From: Nageia nagi
Lineage: Eukaryota > Plantae > Pinophyta
Direction: 5' to 3'
Assembly (NCBI GenBank): GCA_050084985.1
Contig: JBITNC010000001.1
Location: 63,798,001-63,862,000, forward strand
Length of the DNA stretch: 64,000 nt
Within the stretch, counting starts at the first letter, position 1; every line of letters begins with the position of its first letter. Made by a program: the position numbers and the translations under genes. Shown here piece by piece: positions 12,001-24,000 of this stretch. The notes under the pieces were generated by a model. The model saw nothing but the letters and a program-made list of their open reading frames with translations, was not told the origin of the DNA and made no database searches.

Positions 12001-15000
12001 ATACAAGGTAGATGTGTGTGTCCTATATGTAATGTCCCCATTTTTAGCATTTCGCTCATTTTTGCATTGTAATGTATTTATTGGGCCACATGGAGTGGAA
12101 CGCCCCTCTCTCGAAGTTATTAGGAGTGATTTTTAGTAGTTAGGAGTGATTCTTGATATTTTTAGATAATAATGGAACTTTATTTATATTTGAATGTAAT
12201 AATGTACTTGGAGATCTGAAATTTGTAATCCTAAGAAAGAGTTAGAAGTCTCTAGGTGGGACGCCCAACTATAGGAGTATTTTATTACATTAATAGCGGT
12301 TATGAAATGATATTGAGGTTCCTTGGTTTCAGCGCTGATTTTTGGGATCTCAATGAGGAATTAGAAGCACAAGAGGGGATGTCCAACTCTAAAGAGGAGC
12401 CTCCCATTTTGAGGACATCTTTGGCTTCCATCATCTCAGTCACTTTTTGTGGACGAAAACCCATAGGAGAGAGATCTAGAGGATGGAAACGCTCTAAGAT
12501 CTAAGGGCTTAAGGATGAAAACCCTTGAGTTCTTCGGTGGTGGATCCAGTTGGGGTTCACACTTGCATTCCATCTTCATTCTAGAGCTTAGATCTGGGGG
12601 GTTGAGGGCCTAGAGTGAGATGCCCAGCTTGGGGAGGAGATATTTCAGCCTTTCATCCATTCTTCTCCCCTAGACTCAGATGTGCAATAGTTTGAACTGT
12701 TTAGAGTGTTGTTTGAGCATCATTTGTCCTCTCTGGGGGTGAACATGAGGGTGCTCTCCTCTCTGAGGAGGGATCTCTTTGGTCAATAAGGTGCGTGCCT
12801 ATAGAGTTGCTATTTTGGGAAAGAAGAATGTGATCTGTCAAGTCCTCAACGGAGCTTGGGGATCCTAAAGGTGCCTTTTGGTACAATGTTTGGGGAATAA
12901 AGAATCATCTCGCCATCTCCTATGAACTCCTCTAGTTGGAGAAGCTCGAAAAAAGGAAGTGATGCGGCGATCACATGTCGGGTGTGTTGAGTGCGAGCAA
13001 GAGATGCTTCCATATAAGGAAGGTCTCTTGGAGATGAAAAGCTAGACAACGAGCCATGTGCATCTCGAAAGAGAAAGTAATATCGACCTTGGATCTCATA
13101 GTAGGTTGAGCACTGGAAAATGAAGTGGTCCTCAAACTCTATCTCAAGTGAGCAAAGGCGACAAGCACGTAAATCACGGGCTAGATGATACTCTATCTTG
13201 ATCCTCAATTGATGTGGTCAAACTCAAAACTATCCTAAGAATGTCCTCAAATTAGGAGGAAGATGTAAACTGAAATATCCTGGTGGGAGGATCAAACCAT
13301 TGTCGAGTTGTAGATACCGTTGTGCATAATGTACCAACTTTGGGGACAGTGGCTGAGGGGATGAGACCCATGTGATTTATATATAGACCTTGTAGATGGT
13401 ATCTTGGACCTTTGATAATGAGTTTGTTGGAGAACTGATTGAACTCTCCTGTGGTGCAGGACGAATATCCAAAGAGAAACCAAATCTCTGGAGTATCTCA
13501 CTAACCTTAGCAAACTAACATCTATGGCAACCTTGTGCGGCTAGATCCATTGAAGAAGCCAAAGCCCTTGAAGAGAGTCTCCTTGTGTTGCCTTGATGAC
13601 AAGAAAGGTGATGCAAGCGATGGAGAAAGAGGACTATGGAAGTGAGGGCTCACACCTGAAGAGGTTGGCATCCGAACTCTGCCAACATGATAAGGTGGGG
13701 TACCATCCTCTTGCTCTGAATGGAGCAGAGAAATTTGGCACTTGCTTGTGAAGAGGATTCTAGCATAAAAGGTAAAAATTACTAGCAATAACTATATTAT
13801 AAATCCATGTAGAAAATATTGTGGAAATGTGAGATCAAACATAGCAATAATCGTAAACTATGACAATGGGAGACTAACATTTGTAGAGGCAACCTCTCAA
13901 AATATGTAAACTCAATATAAAATATGTCTTTCATTTGCCCTAAGAGCTTGCATTCTTTGCCTTTTCTAAGTGTGATTCAAATTAGCATATTCTTCTTGCA
14001 TATGTTATGTGTTCCCTATATTCCCTTACATATTATTCCTTACATGCAATTTTTCTTTAGATCTATATTCCCTTACAATAATATGTGATATGTATCCACT
14101 CTCATACATTATGAATGATTTGTGCTCACTTGTATTTTACCTTCCAAATTTACATAGATTGAATACATAACACATTTCAAATCTCCATGGTTGTCACAAG
14201 TAAGCAATAGTTTGCCTCAAAACTCTTTTGCTTCTCCTTCTCCTTGGCCTCATTATTATCATTAGACAAGGTCTTTCAATCCTTTGGAGGAAAGTAATGA
14301 TTTCCCACAAGTTTTCATAAGCCTTGGGACCTCAATAGAATTTGCATATTGATTCTCCAATAATCATAGTCTTCATCATGTAACTTAGGAAGAGGAATAT
14401 TTTGCACTTCAATGGAGTCTTGTATTGCTCTCAAATTAGTAAAAACAATCATGATACATACACATAGCAACACCACACACCAAAAAATGAAAAAAGAATT
14501 TACAATATATTACATTTTGGGTACGTCCCTTAAATTTTCTATGCTAGTTGGATTCTCATGAAGTCTTCAGTAACTCCCACATGTCTCTTGGCTTGCTTGA
14601 AGTTGGGAAGACATTGACTTTTTATTTTATTTCATTGTCTATCTTTTGAATAAGAAATAAACATGTCAATTTTTTCATGAAGTGATAAACACCTCATGGT
14701 TTAGTTTTTTGCAAGATTTATTTTATAGCATTTATTTGTTTTGTCCACTTGAGGGAAAAACCCATGTATGGACCATTTCTTGCAAATAGAGGGTCCAATT
14801 TGTTGTTATGTTTTTCTCTTTTCATCCAAAACATGCACAAGACTTGGAGAAAACAACGTTACTTGTTGTCGCCTGAAAGGATTGGTTACCCCAAGCGCTC
14901 CCATGGAATATGGACTAGGGCACAATGGATAGAGATGCATGTTGGTAATTGTATATGAGGGAAATACACTGTCGAAATTCGTTTCACAAAGAGAAAAGAT

Positions 15001-18000
15001 TGCAAAGGTGAATGAAAGTGAAGAAAGATCACAAATGCAAGGATAAATGCATAGGAATATGAATAATGAACTTATGAAGGTATCACCAGTGATGCAATGT
15101 CTCGACAGGTCATCTTTGGATTCTTTAAGAAAATGTATCCACTTATCAAGTTGGGCATCAAATAGCAATAGGCTCAAGTTACTACCAAACGAGAGCAGGA
15201 AGCTGTAGGGTCTGTGATGGAAGAATCAATGGAATGGGATGAAGGGAAATGACCAACATGTGAATACATAAATTCTAACTGAATGACATAGAGATAAGCT
15301 ATACGCCACAGAATACATCCACTTGCATACAAATCATACAATGAACAATTTAAACCGCTTCGAAAGATATTCAGCTATCTTCCCTTAAAACTTGTAGGTT
15401 TCAAAGAGAATGCACTTAAGCAGTAAAAATTACTCGAATCGGCAAGAAAATCTTACAGGATAATATGCATGATCCCACAAATGATAATCTTCATAGCATT
15501 TACTTTACAAAACCATTCCAAAAAGAAATAAACTCACAATGACATTCAATAGCACGAACAGAAGCATTTCTTTCTTGATTGCAAAGCTCTCAATATGATA
15601 TTCAACATGAAACATAGATATGACAATCTGCAACCTTGATATGCATAGAATCCCTTATGTAGCAAATCCTTATGCAAACCATGTGCAAAAATCCTCAGTT
15701 TCAGCAGATGCAACAATCTTATGCAATCAATATTATGCAAAAATCCCCTTCTAAATGGCCCGAGTAAAATATAAATAGCCCACTAGAAGTGCTGCCCTAA
15801 AGGCATCAAATCTGATATGGTGTGCTCACATGCAACACACATACCAATGCAAAAACTATCTTTTACAAAAAACTATGCAAGTGGTATTTAAAAAGCTGAC
15901 AAAATATAAATGCCAAAACTGTAATGTATTTAATCTACCTCTAATCTATGCAAACGAGAAATCAGATATGCACTAAATGTTTGACATCTGAATTGGAGGA
16001 GCAAAACTTCATCCTTGTACCAGTCAGATCCATAAATGAGTTTGACATATTTAATTTAGAGGGAGCAAAACTTCATCCCTACACTAGTCAAATCAAGTAA
16101 ATGAAGTCTAAATACAACAACCACCACCATCAATATGCATTAAACATAGAAAAGATAATCGCAGATAGAATCTACGAGTGGATCAAATCTAGGCTAGATC
16201 TGATCCGGTACCGGCGGAGTTCCACTCTGTGGTGAGACTGTATAACTCAATGGGCTCTTCTAAGAAAACATGACCTTCTGTACTCCCTTGGAAACCATAC
16301 CAACAATGCTACCATTCTGCCTGAAGTAGTCTCCAATCTGCCTAGATGTAGCCTGCATCTGAAATCTCCAGATGACCATCTGCCTCTCATGATGAATGGG
16401 TTGCCTTGCCTTTAGTAGGTTGAGATCCTTGAACTCAAGATGTTCCTGGATTAGATTTTGAGCCTCTGCCAACACCTCTTCCTTCCTACGCATGCTGTTA
16501 TCTTTCCCTTGAAACGTTAGCTAGTTTACATATTTGCTCATTTGTTCTTCTAACTTCTTTCTCAAAGGTATCTTGACTTTCAAAACAACATTACACTTCT
16601 CCACTGCATGCTTCAGCTAGTCGTGCTAATACAAGAATTCATGGCAATAGACTAATTTCTTCGGTCTGTTAGCAAAGATCTGCTACAAATGGGTGACGGT
16701 AGGGAGATGACCATCCAACTTCTCGAGGAGGGCTATTATTTGGAACTTCAACTCCCGGATCTCAACACCTTCCTCCAGGAGGCTATATACTTGAGAAGAT
16801 AACTTCTCAATAGTCTCCATCATCTTCAATTGGTCCTTCATCAATTCCCATCTTGCATGGAACAAGACTTGCTTTTTCAATTCTATAGGGGTGGTGCTAA
16901 CAATTTGGAACTCCTTAATGATTTTCTTGCTAGCTGCGAGTTCCTTCTTGAGTCTTTTCACCACCTTCTTGGCTTCATAGCCTTCTTGTTCCATGATAGC
17001 AAAATTCTGAGTAACAATCTGCTTCTTGGTTGTTAGACCTAACTTAACATGCATCTTGAATGTTTCTATCATACAGTCCTCGGGTCTTTGCGGATGTTTC
17101 TCCTTGGATTAACAATGGTTGATGGAGATCTCCTTTCTTGAAGTAGAAACAAAAGTATCTAAGTGAGCTGTGTTCATGCTCACTTTCTCACCATTGGAGA
17201 CCTCCTCTTTTTCATTTTTAGACCTCAAGTTCTGATCAATTTCTTCATCGTGAGCTGTGTTCATGCTTAAGGCTCTTAGGCAAGCATCTAAGTCAAGATT
17301 TGGGTGTTTGATTGCTGGCTTGGGAGGGAGCCTCTGCACAACACTCGACCTTTATTGATCTTCTCGACTTCCTTTGTGAGAGTGGCTTGAACAAGGGCAA
17401 CTTGCTTACCCTGATGCTCATCCTGCTTTCTCTTCTTCTTTTGTTCTTCGGTCTTTCCTTCATATTCTTCATCTCCACCATCACCACCTAATGATATAAC
17501 TTTCTTGCATGGTTGAGGTGATCTTTCATGGCCGGTCCTCTTCAAAGAGGGCTTCTGGGAAGACGAGGGTGACCTCTTTCCATGTTCGGTAGGATAGAGT
17601 TTGGAAGAACCCACCTCTTTGGCATATTTCACTCCAACTATATGGACTTCTTCATCATAAATCCCAATGTCTATGAACAGGTCATCATCATTGTCCAGGA
17701 GAGTTTCAATTTTCGTATCATAAGTGCGGAAGAACCTACAGCTACATTCTCTTGACAGGGGTACTCTTCATCAACAACATCATTTGCATCATCATCATCT
17801 TCTCCTTCTTTCTCTTCACCATAAATCTCTTCATTGTTTTCTTGACTCTTTGTCTCTTCTTTTGAGCCTTCTTCAGTGCAGCCAGGTTTTTCATCACTTT
17901 CTTCATTAGAAGAAGTGGAGTGTTCGGAAGAACTGGAACTTGGTTGTAATGGGGGAACTTGCTCTCTACATCTAGAAGGACAAGTGGGTCTTGGTGGAGT

Positions 18001-21000
18001 TTTTTCAACAGGGGAATCATTGGCATAGGCTTCCTCCAGTATGCTTAAGGGGATATCATAGTAACCAGTGTCTCTAAGATCAGCCACCACCTGCTGGCTT
18101 TTCTTTGCTACATTAGCCACCACACTGTGTTTACTGGATCCTATTGAGGCATGCTTTTTTGATGCTCCTTATCTTGTGAGCAAAATGTAACTCAAAGCAA
18201 AATCAGCAAATTCGATTACAATAACCTTGATGTCAAGCCTAGGGCATCATCTACAAGTATATACCATACAAAACTGCCAATGTCTAAGCTGGGGTTACAT
18301 GATCAAGCATTTACAACATCCATACACCAACATTTAGCATATCACAGTGGATATCACTTTACAATGCCAATGTCTGGCTCATGCATGCACAAATAAGCAA
18401 TGGTAACCCAATGAATGCACAAGAGTAATGAAGACAATACAAATATGCGATCCAATGCCCTTTTGGCTATACGAAAGATATAGAACGATGATGAATACAA
18501 TACTAGGCCTAAAAGGGCTAACGTTGGCCTCTTAGGAGCCAACTAAGGCAATATAATGTATCTCTCACCATTGGAATAATATCAGAACCCTGGGATAGTA
18601 TTCCTCCTTTGAATAAGAATCCTCTCCATCGAAGGAGTCCTCATCAAACTTTGGATAACCACCCAAGGTAGAAGCAATACCTCGGAATACCACCGGATGG
18701 GCAAAGGTGCTACACTAGTGCCGCAGACAGACAGGATCCTTTAGCCTGAATGCCCTCTAAACGCTGCGCCTATGAAGGTTGCTTAGCACCGCTAAGACTT
18801 GCTGTCCTCTGGATGATATGACAGTAATAATGATCAAGTATATCCAGTAATGAGGCTCCAATGTCTATTTATACATTTTCTTTGTTCGGATCTCACCTAG
18901 GAGTCATCACCTGTCGCCTCTAATCCAACGTTGGCCTCCTGGAGGCTCGAAATACCCAACGTAGGTGTCTAAAGGTAGACATGCCAATGTGGGGGCCGGG
19001 GGTGCATTAAGTGCCAACGTGTGAGCCTAGGAGTGCCACGCCTGCCCATGTGGGTCAAGGGGGAAAACATGGGGTCTAGGTGTCATGCTGGGCCAATATG
19101 GGGGTATGGGAGCCTTCCCAAGCCTAGTACAAGCATATAAGTGGCTGGCCATCACCTCAATGTACAATAGACCTTGGGATTCCCACAATCATGTTTCGGG
19201 ATCTCTAACTATGACAAATACACCTAATCTAACCTTAAGAGAGAGACATCCCACTTGGGGCTCACAGTGGGGTCTATTGACCCATTAAATCTCCTATCCT
19301 AAGTTACAAACATGAAAGTGTAATGCATAAATAAAGTATATTACAAGAGAAACCTATTGGTTCCCATGATTAATTTCGACCATGCAAGGGGGATGTCACA
19401 TGTCTTTTTCCCTATGGGAAGCAAGGATGTCTTGACTTATGGAGGTGCAACGCTTGCAGAAGGAGGCGACGTTTTGATCCTCAACAAGACCTCTTTAGGT
19501 CTTGCTTTTACAGTTCTAGGTCTTTGAGGTGCCTTCTCTACTTGAAGGGGAGCCTTATTTATGCTCAAAAGAGCATCTATCTTCGCTATCTCCTCATCTC
19601 ACACATTTCTGAACTTTTCTGCATTCCCTAAAGATTTGTGCTTGTAAACAACAGGTTTCTGGAATGCGGTGTTGAAGAAATGGGCGATAACACCTTTAGG
19701 ATCATAGTTTCTAGCTACTATCTCCTTGAAGAAGACATACTGCTGCAGCTCCTTCATGCTATTAGCCTCATCCTAGGTTTGGCAAACATAACTTGCAATT
19801 GAGATGGGCAAGTTAATGGTTGTGTCCTTCTGTCTCCACACTCGTTCCTTCAAAAATAGTAACTGTTTGGAAAATTCCATGAGAATCATTCTGTCATTGG
19901 CATATCTAGGTAGGATTAGGGGTTGCTCTTCAGAGCCATAGACCTTGATGTAAGTATGATCAGCATACTGCAGGTAGAAGTCTACGTGTACACTAATGGC
20001 TTGAACAAAAGCATTAGAGATCCTCTTCATTACTGACTTACCTTTGATTTCCTTATAAATGGCATATTCCCACTCGTCATTTCTCTCATAGAAATGCTTG
20101 AATTTGTTATGGTACCACCACTTTAGATGAATTTGCCACACTGGGATGCCTTTCTTTTCTAGATATCCTTCATCTTCAAGCTCCTTTGACCTGAACTTGC
20201 CATGCAACAACAGGTACACAAGATAAGAGTTCATGTAGAACCTTCTGGAAGAGCCAAAGTAGGCTAGCTGGTGGCGCAAGGCATCATTGATTACCCTGCT
20301 CCATCGGATAGCTCTCCCTGAGTTGATCATGGCGATAAATCCAATGAACTATTTCCAATACTTGGAGTCATTTTCCTGACCTATGACTCTGGACAACAAA
20401 GTGATCATCTTAGTGATCGTGGAAAGGAACTCTTCCCTACGAGCACTCATCAATCTCTAGCCTTTGATACCCTGGTAGTCTTCACATAACCATCTTCTAA
20501 TATAATCTCCAGGTCGGGCAATGGAGTCATGGAATTCTTTCGAATGGGCCAGTGTATGATCATCTCCATATCTTCTCCAGCCAAAAGTGGCTTCAATCCC
20601 TTCTGGAGAGAAATCCATGATCATGTTCCCTTCAGTGTCCAAGAGAACTCTCTTGTCATACTTGCAACGTTTGGAAACTTCATAACACAACTCATGAAAT
20701 GAAACAACATAAGGCATCATAGTGGCATTGAATAGCCCACAAGAATGGATGATTTCATTCGACAGATCCTTCTTGCTGATGGAGGCAGTGGATGCTATGG
20801 TCTGGATGAGGTCAACATTTCCCCAATCTGATTCACCAATGAAGATGAATCTCCCCTTAAACTTGGCTTCAGGGAGCACTGGTTTTTCTCTTTCTTGGAA
20901 CCCTATTTGACTTTCCCTCAAGAATCTCTCTATCTGGTCATCTGTGACATGTCTTTCAAAATGTTGCCCATGAATCTTCCTGGCCTTGGTTGGGGAGGCC

Positions 21001-24000
21001 TCACCTTAGAAGTCATCTTCAAATATGAAAAATGTGTAGAAAACTAGAAAAAAAGTTGGAATTCTAGTTGGAAATGCCCTAAGAATGGTCAAGCACCAAA
21101 TTGGATGTGTGTAGAACCAGACGTGCTGGTTTAGGCTGCAAAATGTCCTGCAGAAATGAGCTGGGACTGCCCTCTTATAGAAGCTGCATGGAGGGTTTAT
21201 GCATGGCACATTGTATGTATGCCACCTGTCTTCTTAATCTTTTGACTCTTAGCTTCTTCAATACCTAGTCAATCTCAGCTCATAGTCCCCAAGGCGCATG
21301 GATTTGGGTACGTGCTTTTTCACTGCTTGAAAAACATGCAAAAGGTCTCTTGATGGGCAAACACATCACTTAGTCAAATCTAGGGCAACAATATTCCATT
21401 TGAAAGGCCATATCATCACTTCATGCTAGGGCGCACGGATTTAGGCATGTGCTTTTTCATGTCTTGCAAAGCATGTGCCTCAAATTTCATGCATAAACAA
21501 AAGGAGAATGGATTGCACATGATAGTGTATACTTAGCCAAATTCCTGGATTTGGACCTAGGCACACCGTTTTGAATGAGTCCTTCAAGCACTAGTGAGAA
21601 AATATGCGCATAGGTCAATTTAGGGCAAGCCTTATCAGATAAATGTAAGTGAATTACAAAAAACAGATCTTGAGATCCAACTCACCCCCTTAAAGAAATG
21701 GCTATTGGTAGTTCAGACGCCTCCTCAAACCTTTATTTCTCCTAGGTGCACCAATTTAGATGAGTCCTTAAGCATGTCCCGGAAATAGTGCGAATGGGAG
21801 ACTTAGTCCAAAATGAAATGAAGTTTAAAATGATACAAGGGATGACTTCATATGTATAACCTTCAAGTGTCCCAAGTGTCACCTTTTGGTTGGTTCCAAA
21901 TGATGTCAAATAATGGAGCCAGGATGTGCACGTTTTAGAGTACATGTAAAAGCATGTCCCAAAATGCATGGGCCAACCAACTTTAGTGCATCAAAAGGAC
22001 TTAGTCAATTTCATCATCCTTGAAAACCCTTGCAACTTGGTTGCACCCTTTTGGAGGGGTGCAAAAAGCATGTCCCAAAATCCTTGCGCCTACCAAAGTA
22101 GACACCTTAAAAAATACTTAACTCAAAAATGCTCCAGAATTTTGGGCGCACCTTTTTAGAAGAGTGAAAAAGCATGTACCAAAAAACATGCAGCTAGGCC
22201 TCTTTTACAGAATTTTATACTTAGTCAAAAAAATGCGTCTGGGCCAGGACGTCTAGAAGCTGGCGCACCAATTTGAGTGAGTGCCTAAGCATGTCCCAAA
22301 ATCCTTGCGCCTACCAAAGTAGACACCTTAAAAAATACTTAAAAATGCTCCAGAATTTTGGGCGCACCTTTTTAGAAGAGTGAAAAAGCATGTACCAAAA
22401 AACATGCAGCTAGGCCTCTTTTACAGAATTTTATACTTAGTCAAAAAAATGCGTCTGGGCCAGGACGTATAGAAGCTGGTGCACCAATTTGAGTGAGTGC
22501 CTAAGCATGCTCCAAAAACCATGCGCATAGTCCTGTGGCACACTCTTGAATGCAATGAATTAATAATTAATGAAAATGACCTTAAAAATCATCGTCCAAA
22601 ATAGGGTGCACCATTTGAGGGATGTGCGTTTCTGGACTTAGCGCAACACAATGCTCCGAAATCAACCAAACAAATTGAATGCTAAAGCTAACTTTCCTTT
22701 TATAGACTTGCTCAAGTGGATAGGTGTCATGCAACAATTGGTGTGAGTGAAGGTCCAATGCGTGTGAACACACTTGTCCTTTCTTATTGAACGTCCAGAA
22801 TCCTATACTTTAGCCAAAATTTCCCACATGAAGGAGGGCGCATCGATTTGGGTACTTGCAAAAGCATGTTCCCGAAACCATGCGCTCAACCAATTCAACC
22901 ATTTTTTCTTCAAAATTGGCTAAGTGTTGAAAGTACTCCATCTGCCAAGGCGCACTGATCTGGGTACGTGCAAAAAGCATGCCCCTCAAAGCATGCGTTG
23001 ATGCTGTTTTGACATTTTCCTCTAGAATTTGCTAAGTGTCAAGTTACCTCATTCGCCAGGGTGCATTGTTTTTGCAACATGCAAAAGCTTGTCCCTCAAA
23101 GCATGCGCTTAGGCATAGAACATGCTGATTTACTTCAAAATGACTAGAATGACCCTCAATAATGGGATGCAGTGGAGGGGATGCAATTCACAAAATGACT
23201 AAGTGAAAATGGGCATGAATGATGCAGTTTAAACCCGAAAATGGGTCCTTAAAAATTGCAAATTTTTGGAGGGTGTTGTGTAGGCACAACACAATTGATG
23301 GAGGTTATTGATTGTCCATCTTTGAGGTGTCTCATATGTTTGAAAAGAGCATTGTCCATGGTATGATGTGATATGTGCCATTGTGAGGACCTCTTATGCA
23401 TTTTTATCAGTAGAAGTGTGAAGAATAATTTTGTTTGGATCTAGATAGCTATGGAGAGATTGTTGTTGTGGGACTTGGTTGTGATATTTTCTTGATGTCT
23501 TGAATCTCCTCATTGTTTGGTTTTGAATAGTCTAGGATTATTTGAGATGTGTTAGAAACCTAATCCTTAGTGATTAAAGTTATTTTTATTGTATTAGTTT
23601 TAGAAGTCATAGTTGTGATATTATATTTAAAGTATATGCATTTTTAGGTTTAACTATTGATGTAATTCCAAGAGTCATATGAAGTTGAATATGGAGAGTT
23701 TTTAGGGAGTCTAAGAGTTACCTTGTGCTTGGGTCTTTGCTTCAAATTCCAAACACTTGCGCTTGGGTCTTTGCTTCAAATTCCAAACACTTAGCCAATT
23801 TCAACCCCAGGCCAAAATGCCTAGGACTAGGCACATGACTTGAGAGGTGTGCTTTTCATGCACAGGAAATGATGCGACTAGGGTCTGGCACACCTCCTCA
23901 GACAAGAAATTTCAATAATGACTAAAAAATGCAAACCTGACATAGGTTGCACGTTTTGGAGAACGTGCTTTTTCTCCTTTGACTCCATGCAATGCTCCAA

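Larger units (their letters stand above)
14801..23291 (-). mobile_element. Giant gene-carrying Tat-like solo LTR, element B (8,491 bp; about 7.26 kb without the nested LTR)
   Basis: Minus-strand 5' end TGTTGTGCCTACACAACA at 23291 and 3' end ..ataacaaca at 14801; perfect TSD CAATT (14796-14800 and 23292-23296); 3' motif ttggggtaaccaatccttt shared with the family. Confidence 0.85.

Noticed and set aside
2076-23291. A and B as terminal inverted repeats of one large DNA transposon or an inversion
   Set aside because: Each has its own TSD, they are highly diverged, and the ARP9 exons between them are in normal orientation
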